A DNA stretch of 64,000 nucleotides from Candidatus Nanoarchaeia archaeon. Its GTDB lineage: Archaea; Nanobdellota; Nanobdellia; SCGC-AAA011-G17; JAFCDX01. A program made the translations under genes and the position numbers. Below, piece by piece: positions 30,001 to 38,214 of this stretch. The notes beneath the pieces were generated by a model. The model did not search any database, was not told the DNA's origin, and worked only from the letters and a program-made list of their open reading frames with translations. The stretch covers positions 546,096-610,095 of the forward strand of contig JBAZJB010000001.1 in NCBI GenBank assembly GCA_041651575.1. The letters run 5' to 3'. The number at the start of each line of letters is the position of its first letter. Position 1 is the first letter of the stretch.

Positions 30001-30510
30001 TAATTTTAAAGTTAAATTTAAATCTATTTTTTCTGGAACTTTTGTCTCATCTTTTACTTGTTTTAATAATAAATAAATATATCCCATATTATCTAAACTT
30101 CTTGCATAAGTTTGTGGCATTATAAATTGTGGTTGAGAAGCTAAATATTCTGTAGAACCAGAAACAGAAACGTACCCTGATTTTATTATTGGTTGTCCTA
30201 TAAATGGTTCGGATTCAGGAGAATTTTCTTGCATAAATAAAGAACCCAATGTACTTCCTTCAAGATAAACAACAACAGGAACATTTCTTGATTCTATAAG
30301 TGAAGAAGCAATTACTGGAGGTTGATAGTTTACTACATTAACAATTATAGCTTCTCCTAAATCTTGATTATCTAAATTATTTTCAATTGCAGAAGTTGGG
30401 AAAGTTGGATTTATAGTCATATCTTCTACAGAATAAACAGAAGCAGGAACAATCAAAATAGTTATCACTATCATAAACATTGCTATTATTATTTTATTTA
30501 TTTCTTTCAT
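24004..30510 (-). CDS. Giant secreted Cys-rich surface protein (2168 aa)
   Basis: N-terminal signal/TM segment; many Cys clusters (EGF-like CxxxxC spacing, especially in the C-terminal 400 aa); sequon-rich. No known catalytic motif found. Confidence 0.6.
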   Translation of the reverse strand: MKEINKIIIAMFMIVITILIVPASVYSVEDMTINPTFPTSAIENNLDNQDLGEAIIVNVVNYQPPVIASSLIESRNVPVVVYLEGSTLGSLFMQENSPESEPFIGQPIIKSGYVSVSGSTEYLASQPQFIMPQTYARSLDNMGYIYLLLKQVKDETKVPEKIDLNLTLKLYFDFNRGFGDVSAQDLILKESSVEEDWKKTDSISNSFWNGKGYLRVTKIEGNRAYIQVYGSGFGLLGIGDASELERRGIVVLTKGDSRTMSLPGSSSFFNDRFTLKLNEVSEPEDTAQLKVTVNGEQTTKTIARGMKIYSGSNWIIDSISNDTTEISCKTDANCPSGLTCYSGKCVSAGSAQKLTTQQVIIRNSYGDIKILYRTYNDKATGETETLILSDKVQVEGIENNLCDKNILQETPTLNDLVKSNNDKNDNDNAMKLYCTSIQKLKDSIKDAGDNQKYTYYAYDLIGQNYERLSDILPVNTDSFNAKKIAIYYYGHAEQTNEITTKIAQLKNDLYTNSKSEMVYLEDEGAFVSLVDIIPVAEADKSTAELTIGGVSGIYREGEPISILDGTSYQFNSVGEKLIWYIDKIDSNTVYLSRKRQTKSTLGVTSEVSEQTVYINPGKATTIYKDIGTDGKPVQNSIVDISLKKINSKKRAYVTVYPGTGEAYSTSNFQVHLGVDKRMIEWTPEQIDKMINATQKQIDQLSKFIKQLDDIIKVWKNVCMVTYGLLIVKNAFTAGAADRALARKEVMPMYNDECKKEILSSPEKKTMSQCLTDKADEIESTLNVAEGLVGKRNDCLTSKDNSCLSGIDLYDNDENKKIIENAAELNKNALIANPVDKAQFLDYQFYCVDMKNENLGIDEYREDKCDDAKNSIKNKLNAYDAAYEKSNIGTTNFNELSANKKTEATSRFQYLYNLALGVLDTNAKISPEDEKRYINQFNNEFGIDAKNVKIEPLVSETNIETGITATTYSTNIDSTTGKVTITDSGTYKLLKVSDAPENVKNIICSSESTKKTCLDSEWKFQGYNVYKDTTKDDKYIIALQSLKSADSGLNDKYAQNAKAEFIEKGKPFCLPTGSNGNFVKILSWYEYGTPNDCEYWNVGADGLLCSGEDRLIAGKDVINTREDTKGLCQNLVAKYKSSTCTEGGSLMGSLNPNTNRPFLCSMQGYKLAQSSTNANCQDFMDPDDCKTLFAVCDPVMCPNSRFNLGGNYEVSGSVVETGIIGSLVLGMPNYPETPLPICLPGISAGLKSIRSLLEGFVQCLHTSKINHENIGICDKIRSLGICELLWKEIINTFNMQGGLINFISEKMFGINSGGSEYLDFTTNMETTSNMVNYFTKEYASSAFSAYNAMSTQEFGTKICKAAIFGKFAEVGSLLDQISEPENPPQFYAEFDESPYITEAGNIPSTGTNKLGNLQEMSLYNVYFHIYAGSIPEALRTGVNSKGVKYAVYLVDDQGYSIPVTSEQRGSAYEIIEYGKYADKNNKVFDKPGMTKICVSISGSTECGFGKVTTNYALNALNDEIVQNEAARKITSQKQCVPDSPTLSTSLGSVVLPEEYGAISTGIVRTCSTINPGSGTNANDWSPIAGSTCGKDKSGNDLGICWINTKTIDIKNKEKREDVMNAFALNKKQMDEGTAKYNEILAGLFDVQKSKAYFAELESKLSLAKENKNLESKKEILIGLLSGNDFKGFNKEKTEKDIPSNNEAVINYVELSQYSLDTSIKIWSQIRVGEIYMLLGDTIKTSIERVECGDNVNECLKGFRCVEKKCVEETINVNNKGGGGSETTESDCTKVFDPAACLFPCIWKVNTCNNPATQTVLSNTQKITIKEGEMQKGILKDFPEFWIKLESIGTTTAKERKLSVISDSEQEIVEEIKRVGEPIPTTASIILPKTCFTGISVREILYKDTPVEVYCKEYNKRVQLNLKGLTDNTATIEVKYLASTTLPGLISKCSDCGNGALNTCDKEECNNEKKGSDCYATYSVFGSYNFFCSDCGGKCESFNDLNNLEETKLLCMQCDKTCILENNKCKPITPLDQCDVCYSLSKSECISKCKEKCTWRDNRCNTIALKGINILIRTFENTVLESYTYNTNQGWIFLGNSKRITFTKDFKNGITQIVKMCNADEHCRIIQIEKEGDDTTRKNFAKQDNTLTGVTEKKDIDKWLIIGAYNALIK

Positions 30511-30511
30511 T

Positions 30512-32536
30512 TTATTCTGGATATCTAAACATAGGTAAACCTGCGTTTTCCTGTATTGAATTATAAATGATATTCATATTTTCCTGGGTTGAAGGTATTT
30601 GATCAACAATAGTATAAAAGTTCATTACATTTTTCTCTGCAATTTGTTCTCTTTCCAAATCAAATTCAAATTCTGCTCCACCCTTTATTGCTTGCTCTAC
30701 AATTATATCTTCAATTTTTACAGAATAACATTTTTCTTCTTCTCCAAACAAGTTCCAAATTGCTGGCTTTGATACTTTTACACATTTATTTATTTCTCCC
30801 CCTTGTAGTTTTATTGGCCAAGTACTACTTCCCATAATATAAGATTTAACTTCATATCTTCCTGGAATTAAATCAATTTGTGCAGCAGGTTCTTTTATTG
30901 AATAAGCAAAAGAAGCTGTAAAATCATTATCCATATTTTTCAATTCAAAAATAACAGTTTCAGATTCATAAGGATCTCTTACTTGCCCAGTACTTTTTTC
31001 TATTAATTTAACTGTAGGAGTTATTTTATAGATAGGTTCTAAGATTAATGAAATACTTTTTTCTTCGTTTGTAGATACTATTTGTTTTGCTTTGTAATAA
31101 CCTTCTTTTTCTCCAATTATTGCTCCATTAATACAAGAAGGGAATAATCCAGATAAGTAAGCTCCTTCATCTGTCATTTTTATATCACATTGTGTAGTAA
31201 AGCATTTGAATTTTATATTTGTTTCTGGAAGAGGAATCATATTTCCATAATTATCTGAAGCAAAAGTATAAACATCTATTTTTGTTGAAGGATTTTTACA
31301 TATTCTCGATTCAAATTCTGGTTGATCATAAGTTCCATAAATATTTTTCTTTGGTTGATTATTATCAATTATAACTTGCGAAGCAAATTGGAAAGTATAA
31401 CCTTCTCCATCCAAAGCAGCTGTATCTGTTAAAATAACTAAAATAGGATATTTTAAATCATAAATAAAATGATAATTATAAATGCACATTAAATAAGCAA
31501 TTGGTCCTGCATATTCGCTTAATTTCTCGGTAAGAGAAGTTCCCTGCATCAAATCTCCGTCACTTGGATAAACATCTACAATTGTAGGCCAAGTATTTGA
31601 ATACATAAAATTTATATCCAAATTTGCAGCGCTTGTTTTTGGATCCAACATAAAATAAGAAGCGTCTTGGTTTACTGAAGAAAACTTCGAACCTTTAACA
31701 AGATAAGCAGGAGTATTAATTGATAAAGCATCTTTTATATTATTTGTAACTTCTTGCTTTGACCAGAATTTAGGTTTACAATCAAAATCGGTTCCAGAAA
31801 AAGGAATATTTTCATAAGCAACTAACATATCAATAGTTTTTTCTTCAAAGAAATTTAATTCTTGTTGTTTCATAATACCGGAAGAAACCTTATACATTTT
31901 TCCTAAAGGAACGTCTAATTTTGCTTGATGCTCTTTCAAATTAAAATTAAAATCTTTTAAAGTAAATGAAACAGGCATTTCTAAATTAATTAAAACAGAA
32001 TTATCTAAAATAGAAACATCATATTTTCTTTCAGTAGTTACTATGAAAGAATATCCTTGATTAGTAAGTCCTTCCAATCCACTTATACATTCTGCCATAT
32101 TATTAGCAACATATTCTCCAATCTCTTTTTCCATAGATTCAATAGTTGGAATTTGTTCTTGTTGTATTCCATTTGAAGTTTCATAAAACCAATAAGCTGT
32201 TTTCAATCCAGGAAAAGATTCTAATTTATTTGAAAAAGGAGTTACAGGTGTAACTGGAAGATTATCCACTGGAATTTGTATATAGCCTCCTTGAATACCC
32301 ATTGTAACTATTGCTTTTTTTGCAAGTTCATAAACACAAGAATCAATATACTCTTTTACAGGAACAGCTTGATCTGGCACAGTTCCGGCCTTTAAAATAT
32401 TAGTGTCTGTTCTACTTTGAATAAAATATTGTCTTACAAAAAAGGCAGAAATAATTATCAATAATATAATAAAACCCAAGATTATATAAATCGTTACCTG
32501 GCCCCTTTTTTCCATATAAATACTATTAAAAGTCAA
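30512..32536 (-). CDS. Large extracellular protein with pilin-like class III signal peptide (674 aa)
   Basis: N-terminus MEKRGQ/VTIYIILGFIILLIIISAFF fits the archaeal prepilin (FlaK/PibD) motif. The true start may be the internal Met at 32515. Ends 1 nt before the giant gene. Confidence 0.55.
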   Translation of the reverse strand: MTFNSIYMEKRGQVTIYIILGFIILLIIISAFFVRQYFIQSRTDTNILKAGTVPDQAVPVKEYIDSCVYELAKKAIVTMGIQGGYIQIPVDNLPVTPVTPFSNKLESFPGLKTAYWFYETSNGIQQEQIPTIESMEKEIGEYVANNMAECISGLEGLTNQGYSFIVTTERKYDVSILDNSVLINLEMPVSFTLKDFNFNLKEHQAKLDVPLGKMYKVSSGIMKQQELNFFEEKTIDMLVAYENIPFSGTDFDCKPKFWSKQEVTNNIKDALSINTPAYLVKGSKFSSVNQDASYFMLDPKTSAANLDINFMYSNTWPTIVDVYPSDGDLMQGTSLTEKLSEYAGPIAYLMCIYNYHFIYDLKYPILVILTDTAALDGEGYTFQFASQVIIDNNQPKKNIYGTYDQPEFESRICKNPSTKIDVYTFASDNYGNMIPLPETNIKFKCFTTQCDIKMTDEGAYLSGLFPSCINGAIIGEKEGYYKAKQIVSTNEEKSISLILEPIYKITPTVKLIEKSTGQVRDPYESETVIFELKNMDNDFTASFAYSIKEPAAQIDLIPGRYEVKSYIMGSSTWPIKLQGGEINKCVKVSKPAIWNLFGEEEKCYSVKIEDIIVEQAIKGGAEFEFDLEREQIAEKNVMNFYTIVDQIPSTQENMNIIYNSIQENAGLPMFRYPE

Positions 32537-32587
32537 TATATAAAGTTTTTGAATACGTTTAAATATCTAAAATTTACAGTATAAAAC

Positions 32588-33781
32588 ATGAAAAACAAAC
32601 CAGAATTATTAAGTCCTGTATCTGACTTTACAAGTCTTACTTCTGCTATAAAATCTGGTTGTAATGCTATATATTTTGGTGTAAAAGAACTAAATATGAG
32701 AATAACTGCAAATAATTTTAAATTAAATGAATTAAAAAAAGTTGTGGATATATGCCACAAAAATAAAGTCAAGGCTTATCTAACTTTAAACACAATAATC
32801 TATAATAATGAATTAAATAAAATTAAAAAAATATTAAAAACTGCTAAAAAAGCAAAAATAGATGCAATAATTTGTTGGGATTTTTCTGTTATACAAGAAG
32901 TTAAAAAATTAAAATTACCTTTTCATATAAGTACACAAGCTTCTGTTTCAAATATAGAATCTGCTAAATTTTATAAAAGTCTTGGAGCTGAAAGAATTAT
33001 TTTAGCTAGAGAATTGAGTTTAGAACAAATAAAAGAAATAAAGAAAAAAGTAAATATTCAGGTTGAATGTTTTATTCATGGTGCAATGTGTGTTGCATTA
33101 TCTGGAAGATGTTTTACAAGCCAATTTGTTTTTGGAAGATCTGCAAATCGTGGTGATTGCTTACAACCTTGCAGAAGAAATTACATTGTTAAAGATAAAA
33201 GAATTGGTTATGAATTAGAACTAGAAAATGATGCTGTTTTAAGTCCAAAAGATTTGTGCACTTTACCTTTTATAGAAAAATTAATTGAATCTGGAATAAA
33301 CTCTTTTAAAATTGAAGGACGTGCAAGAAGCCCAGATTATGTTTCTACTGTTACAAAAGTTTATAGAAAAGCTATTGATGCTTATTTTGAAAATAAATTA
33401 ACAAATAATTTGAAACAAGAATTAATTTCTGAATTAAAAATAGTTTATAATAGAGATTTTAGTTCTGGATTTTACTTAGGTAAACCAATAAATGAATTTA
33501 CAAGTCCAGATAATCAAGCAACAAGAAAAAAAGTCCAAATTGGAATAATAAAAAATTATTATAAAAATATAAACGTGGCTGAAATAAAATTATTAACAAG
33601 AGATTTAAAATTAAACGATTTAATTATGATTCAAGGTCCAACAACAGGAGTAATAGAACAAAAAGTAAACTCTATGGAATTAAACAATAAAAAAATTGAT
33701 ATTGGAAAGAAAGGAACAATTATTGGAATTAAAATTAATAACTTAGTAAGAAAAAACGATAAAGTTTTCTTGATAATTTAG
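32588..33781 (+). CDS. Peptidase U32-family protein (RlhA/TrhP-like RNA hydroxylation family)
   Basis: U32 motifs: TIM-barrel N-domain, E-x-F-x-H-G-A-x-C and the Cys cluster CFTSQ...GDCLQPCRR. Confidence 0.8.
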   Translation: MKNKPELLSPVSDFTSLTSAIKSGCNAIYFGVKELNMRITANNFKLNELKKVVDICHKNKVKAYLTLNTIIYNNELNKIKKILKTAKKAKIDAIICWDFSVIQEVKKLKLPFHISTQASVSNIESAKFYKSLGAERIILARELSLEQIKEIKKKVNIQVECFIHGAMCVALSGRCFTSQFVFGRSANRGDCLQPCRRNYIVKDKRIGYELELENDAVLSPKDLCTLPFIEKLIESGINSFKIEGRARSPDYVSTVTKVYRKAIDAYFENKLTNNLKQELISELKIVYNRDFSSGFYLGKPINEFTSPDNQATRKKVQIGIIKNYYKNINVAEIKLLTRDLKLNDLIMIQGPTTGVIEQKVNSMELNNKKIDIGKKGTIIGIKINNLVRKNDKVFLII

Positions 33782-33853
33782 TGGACCCAAAGGGAATCGA
33801 ACCCTTGATCTTCGCTAAGTCAAAGCGACGTCGTACCACTAGACTATGGGTCC
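33782..33853 (-). tRNA. tRNA-Val (anticodon GAC)
   Basis: Reverse-complement fold: acceptor GGACCCA/TGGGTCC, anticodon stem TCGCT/AGCGA with loop TTGACTT, T-arm AAGGG-TTCGATT-CCCTT. Confidence 0.7.
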
Positions 33854-33867
33854 TTAAAATAAAAATG

Positions 33868-33939
33868 AGCCTCAGGGGAGAGTTGAACTCCCGACCTGCT
33901 GATTACAAGTCAGCTGCTCCACCACTGAGCTACTGAGGC
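33868..33939 (-). tRNA. tRNA-Thr (anticodon TGT)
   Basis: Acceptor GCCTCAG/CTGAGGC, D-arm GCTC-AGTGGTG-GAGC, anticodon loop CTTGTAA, T-arm GGGAG-TTCAACT-CTCCC, discriminator U. Confidence 0.75.
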
Positions 33940-33976
33940 ATAAGAATCAATTCCAGAACTAAATTTAAATACGTTT

Positions 33977-34549
33977 CTATTCTAACTTTTTAAAGGTTTT
34001 AACAACTAAATAAGATAAAGGATATATCTTTTTAAGGTCTTTTTGAAGGTCTTTTTGTAATCTAAAAGAGATTATAGCATCTATCAATTCTTGATAATTT
34101 GAATTTTTAACAAATTCTTTTACATCTTCATCTAGTTTTTTTCTTACGGCAGTTAAAACTGCGTTTTGTGGTTTATGTTTTGAAAGAGCCAATATCTTTA
34201 GTATTACTTTTACATTATCTTTTGTCTTTAAATTCTTAGTTTCATCTATTTTTCCTTTAGACATTTTTGTTAATCTTCTTGAATAAGCTTTAACAATTTC
34301 ATACCCCATTATTTCTGTTGCACCTTTATTCTCTTTTATTTCTTTAACTTTGAATATGACTTTAAAATTCTGTTTTTTAGGATCTCCTGTAAGCATGGAT
34401 AAATTTGCATCTATTACTTTTCCAACTAATTGAGAAACATCATAAACATGGGATTCTCCAAGTTCTACATTAGTAAACTCTTTAGAGGCCATTAAAGGCA
34501 CCCAAATTTTTTTCAAATTTTTCTTGCTTATTGTTGTCTGTTCTGCCAT
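33977..34549 (-). CDS. rps3ae: 30S ribosomal protein S3Ae (eS1)
   Basis: 190-aa basic protein with an eS1-like N-terminus (KKIWVPLMA). Confidence 0.75.
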   Translation of the reverse strand: MAEQTTISKKNLKKIWVPLMASKEFTNVELGESHVYDVSQLVGKVIDANLSMLTGDPKKQNFKVIFKVKEIKENKGATEIMGYEIVKAYSRRLTKMSKGKIDETKNLKTKDNVKVILKILALSKHKPQNAVLTAVRKKLDEDVKEFVKNSNYQELIDAIISFRLQKDLQKDLKKIYPLSYLVVKTFKKLE

Positions 34550-34591
34550 TTTAATTTAGATTTTTTTGAGAGATTAATTTAATAAAGCTTT

Positions 34592-36034
34592 CTATTTAGC
34601 TTCTTTTAAAACTTGTATAGCTGTACTTAAAAAGTCTTTTTCTTGCTCTAAAGAGAGTATACAACCTGCTGCTTCTCCATGACCTCCGAATTCTGCATCT
34701 TTTAAAGGCAATTTTTCAGAAATACTTTCTACTAATTTCCTAAGATCCTTTTTAGTGTCTATCCCCCTTATAGAAGCTTTTAAACATCCATCCAAGGTAT
34801 GCCCTACAGTCATTATAATTGTTCCATTGGGATACAAATTAGACTTAGTAATCATAGAAGTTAGAGTTCCTATCATAGTATCTTTCAAATTATCTTCTGA
34901 ATTTATCAAAACATAACCAGGTCCTTCTTGAATAGTTTCTGTTTTTCTTTTCGAATAAAACCAATTTAATGCTTTAATAATTTCTTTTTTATAATCCAAT
35001 AATAATAAATTTGCTTTTTCTTTGGAAATAGAATCATTCAAACATACTCCAATACCTAAAGAAGGTTTTCCCATTTTACTACAAGCATTTAATAAAGTTG
35101 CAAATTCTTTTGCATTTCTTGTTACAGAATCTTCTGCTTCATCTACTAAAGTATAAATATCTCCTAAAACATCGTCTGGATTTTTTTCACTACCCATTCT
35201 TTTTAAGATTATAGCAGTAGTTAATTTTTTAATTTCTTCATCTGATAAATCACATAATCTTCTAAATTTGTTTTCTGGATTTTTTGCAGGAATTCCTAAT
35301 TCATTTAAAAGTTGTGATGCATTTTCTTCTGATCCAGTAATACCTGGAATATAAGGATCTGTACTATACTCCAATAATCTATGTAAGGGTTTTGTCTGAG
35401 CTCCAAACATTCTAAGTCCTCTCTCAACTTTAATTTTTTTAACAGAAATTGCATCTTCTAAAATTCTTTGATTTAAATAACTGAATTTATCTTCATTATA
35501 TTCATTTGTGTCATATGCTTGAATATCTCCTAAGGCACCAATTAAAGCTAAATGAGCCAAATCAATATTTTTTTCATTCAAATTTTTAAAAAAGATGTAA
35601 GTAACTCCTGCTCCAGAAACTTCAAAAGAACCGTCGATATCAAATAAATGTGGATTCACTATAAAAATATTTTCTGAATTTTCTTTTAAAAGTTCTTTAT
35701 CTATTATATGATGATCTAAAATAAAGATTATTTTTTCTTTTAATATTTCTTTCATAAAATGTATACTTCCAGAACCTAAATCTGTAAAAAAATAAACTTT
35801 ATAATCTTCGTTTTTTAATTCTTCTAATTTTTTCTTAGTAAGTTGTTTTACTGTTGAAATAGAAAATTTTAAACCCTCTCTTTTAAAAGCTGCACTTGCT
35901 ATTGCTGCAGAACAAATCCCATCTGCATCTCTGTGAGAAATTAATTTTATTGGTTCTTCTTTTAAGTTTTCTAAATTTTTAAATTTAGCTACGATATCAT
36001 TTACATAATTAACAAAAGTTTCATAATTATCCAT
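34592..36034 (-). CDS. DHH-family RecJ-like nuclease (GAN/Cdc45-RecJ homolog)
   Basis: DHH motifs ISHRDADGICSAAI and ILDHH, plus a DHHA1-like C-terminal GGHGEAAG. Confidence 0.8.
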   Translation of the reverse strand: MDNYETFVNYVNDIVAKFKNLENLKEEPIKLISHRDADGICSAAIASAAFKREGLKFSISTVKQLTKKKLEELKNEDYKVYFFTDLGSGSIHFMKEILKEKIIFILDHHIIDKELLKENSENIFIVNPHLFDIDGSFEVSGAGVTYIFFKNLNEKNIDLAHLALIGALGDIQAYDTNEYNEDKFSYLNQRILEDAISVKKIKVERGLRMFGAQTKPLHRLLEYSTDPYIPGITGSEENASQLLNELGIPAKNPENKFRRLCDLSDEEIKKLTTAIILKRMGSEKNPDDVLGDIYTLVDEAEDSVTRNAKEFATLLNACSKMGKPSLGIGVCLNDSISKEKANLLLLDYKKEIIKALNWFYSKRKTETIQEGPGYVLINSEDNLKDTMIGTLTSMITKSNLYPNGTIIMTVGHTLDGCLKASIRGIDTKKDLRKLVESISEKLPLKDAEFGGHGEAAGCILSLEQEKDFLSTAIQVLKEAK

Positions 36035-36050
36035 TTTAAAAATAAAAGGC

Positions 36051-36509
36051 TTATCCGCCCATAATTAATTTAACTGCTTCTTGGCTGTATTTCCAATCTT
36101 TTGGAAGTCTTCCAATTTTTTTGTAATAATTTACAAGCCTATTAATCTTTGATTCTGCTAATATTAAACCACGTTTAGCAGACATATCTTTCTTATTTTT
36201 TTCTACATGTTTATTAAGTTTAATTTGAGTCTTAATTAAAGCAGTTAAATCTTCAGGTAATTTTGTTAATAAATCGTGTTCTTTTAAAACTTGCAATAAT
36301 TTCTTTTTTAATATTACAGAAACATCTGGGATACCATAAACATCTCTTAAAACAATTCCAATTTGACTTGGAGTTTTTTCTTCTTTGAATAATTTGATTA
36401 TAATTTGTTCAACTTCTTTTGAATCATATTTTAACCAAGTAGGTTTAACTTTTTTAAAGGGCTTTTTAGATCCACTTTGTCCTTTGATATGTCCATACAT
36501 TCTTGCCAT
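36051..36509 (-). CDS. rps15: 30S ribosomal protein S15 (uS15 / S13e type)
   Basis: N-terminus MARMYGHIKGQSGSKKP followed by the S15 helical domain. Confidence 0.8.
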   Translation of the reverse strand: MARMYGHIKGQSGSKKPFKKVKPTWLKYDSKEVEQIIIKLFKEEKTPSQIGIVLRDVYGIPDVSVILKKKLLQVLKEHDLLTKLPEDLTALIKTQIKLNKHVEKNKKDMSAKRGLILAESKINRLVNYYKKIGRLPKDWKYSQEAVKLIMGG

Positions 36510-36645
36510 TTTGTATTTTAACCGAGAATAAGCTTAGTTTAATGGTATAAACAAGCCGTAACCGGTCTATCCTAATTTCATTGCTTTTAACTTATTTATA
36601 AAGGTTTGTATAGCCCTAGGAGGATTCGAACCTCCGTCAGAAGAT

Positions 36646-36658
36646 TTCTTTTCGAAAT
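36646..36658 (-). other. Putative canonical (37/38) tRNA intron, 13 nt
   Basis: Intron ATTTCGAAAAGAA. Removing it gives anticodon loop CTTTGGA. Both splice sites fall 2 nt into 3-nt bulges separated by a 4-bp helix. Confidence 0.55.
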
Positions 36659-36674
36659 CCAAAGTCTCCTATCC

Positions 36675-36695
36675 CTAGCCTTGGTTTTAACCAAT
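36675..36695 (-). other. Putative non-canonical D-loop tRNA intron, 21 nt
   Basis: Intron ATTGGTTAAAACCAAGGCTAG. Bulges AAA and AGG flank the 4-bp helix GGCC/GGCT. The intron's own 4-bp stem is TTGG/CCAA with loop TTAAAA. The remaining D-arm is GTCT-AGTGGCCAA-GGAT. Confidence 0.45.
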
Positions 36696-36754
36696 TTGGC
36701 CACTAGACTATAGGGCTGTATAAAGATTGAGAACTAAAGCTTTTAAAAAACTTT

Positions 36755-37216
36755 CTAAAAGATTAATTTAAACAAATAGAATGCATCCAATCCCAATAAA
36801 GCTACAAATAACAAGATTTCAAAGATAGAACCTGTTTTGATAAAACCAGATACTCTAAAAGTAAGGATTGGATTCAAAAAATTTATTCCAGAAACAGTTA
36901 GAGCATCTAATATTAAATGTGAAAAATAACCTATTAAAATTGCAAAACCCATTAAATTTAAGTTTAAAATATAATTAAATATTAAAAATAATAATATTGG
37001 GATATAAATTGAATGGAAAATTCCTCTGTGTGAAAATAACTTTGCTATAAACCATAATTTTTTACCTAATTTAGATCCTGCTTCATCTACATCTGGAATT
37101 ACAGAAACTAAACAAACTAGTAAAATAAAAATATATTTGTTTGAAATATCAGGTAAATATTTTAAAGAAAATAATGAACATAAAAGTCCAAAAGCTAAAT
37201 GGGTATAAAACATCAT
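36755..37216 (-). CDS. Membrane-bound metal-dependent hydrolase, YdjM/DUF457 family
   Basis: HRGIFHS motif and HLILD in a 4-TM scaffold. Confidence 0.65.
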   Translation of the reverse strand: MMFYTHLAFGLLCSLFSLKYLPDISNKYIFILLVCLVSVIPDVDEAGSKLGKKLWFIAKLFSHRGIFHSIYIPILLFLIFNYILNLNLMGFAILIGYFSHLILDALTVSGINFLNPILTFRVSGFIKTGSIFEILLFVALLGLDAFYLFKLIF

Positions 37217-38199
37217 TTTAATAACACTTCTGCTAATTTTACATAATCAACTGCTTCTGCTTCATTTGCAGCAAATTCTAATCTATTCATCATTTCATTT
37301 CTATTTACTTTTCCTTTTAATAAAAATTGTTTACCAAGAACAGAACTTTTTAATTCTTCAAATTTTTCAAGATTATTTTTCATTTCTACTAATTCTGTTT
37401 CATTTCTTTCTAATATCAACTCTGCTTGATTTCTAAATGCTACAACACGAATATTTGCTGAACCATCATCAAAAAAGAAATTAACAAAAGGAATTAATTT
37501 TGGTTCTACTACACTATGTTCTTTACAAGCGAAAACTCCATCTTCAATTCTTACTCTAGAGCCACATAAAGGACAAACTTCAAAAAATCTTGGTTCAAAC
37601 ATTTGTACTATTGTTCCAAGAACTTCTGCATAATCATTTTCTTGTAATTCTGATATCTTTTTTCTTATCAAAGTAGGTTTTACGAGTACATTTGAAATAG
37701 TTTCTCCTTCTGGGTTTATTATTAATTGAGATTTACTTGCTAAGTGTAATTCTTTATAACCTTGATTTTCTCTGCATGAAGCTCCCCTTATTTTAACAAT
37801 ATCATTTTCTTTCAAATTTTGTTTTAATATTTCATTTATTACGACTTCGTCCCAAATAACCAATCTTGTTGTTGCAGTTTCATCCCCAATCAACATAGTA
37901 GCTAATCTTGCTTTTCTTCCATCTTTATTAAATTCTCTAACTCCATAAAAATTAATTACTTTTCCAGCCAAATTAATCAATCTCATTCCAGGTAAAACGT
38001 CTTTAATTTTTAGAACTTTAGGAACATCCATTAATTTTACATTTAATTCATTTGCAATAATATGTGCTGCTCCTTCTCTGCTAATTAAATTAGAAAGCTC
38101 TTTTAGTTTTGCATTAATTCTATCTTGAAGTTCTTCTTTTGTTATAGTTGTATTTTCTAAAATAGTAGAAATTATTTGTTCATAACTTAAATTCAGCAA
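37213..38199 (-). CDS. rpa: Replication protein A (ssDNA-binding, OB fold plus zinc ribbon)
   Basis: OB-fold signature (GKVINFYGVREFNKDGRKARLATMLIGDETATTRLVIWDE) followed by CPLCGSRV...C. Confidence 0.75.
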   Translation of the reverse strand: MLNLSYEQIISTILENTTITKEELQDRINAKLKELSNLISREGAAHIIANELNVKLMDVPKVLKIKDVLPGMRLINLAGKVINFYGVREFNKDGRKARLATMLIGDETATTRLVIWDEVVINEILKQNLKENDIVKIRGASCRENQGYKELHLASKSQLIINPEGETISNVLVKPTLIRKKISELQENDYAEVLGTIVQMFEPRFFEVCPLCGSRVRIEDGVFACKEHSVVEPKLIPFVNFFFDDGSANIRVVAFRNQAELILERNETELVEMKNNLEKFEELKSSVLGKQFLLKGKVNRNEMMNRLEFAANEAEAVDYVKLAEVLLK

Positions 38200-38214
38200 C
38201 TTTTTTACCCCCGA

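Larger units (their letters stand above)
36611..36717 (-). tRNA. Intron-containing tRNA-Gln (anticodon TTG); 107-nt precursor with two putative BHB introns, mature 73 nt
   Basis: Perfect acceptor AGCCCTA/TAGGGCT with A1:U72 (archaeal Gln-type). T-arm GGAGG-TTCGAAT-CCTCC. Anticodon stem GGAGA/TCTTC. A 13-nt intron at canonical 37/38 sits in a textbook bulge-helix-bulge (4-bp CTTT/AAAG helix between two 3-nt bulges); a 21-nt intron lies in the D-loop. Confidence 0.6.

Noticed and set aside
36540-36600. tRNA-like D-arm-looking segment (GCTT-AGTTTAATGGTATAAAC-AAGC) upstream of the intron-containing tRNA
   Set aside because: No acceptor stem partner and no T-arm (GTTCRANYC) nearby; not a tRNA or a split-tRNA half by inspection.
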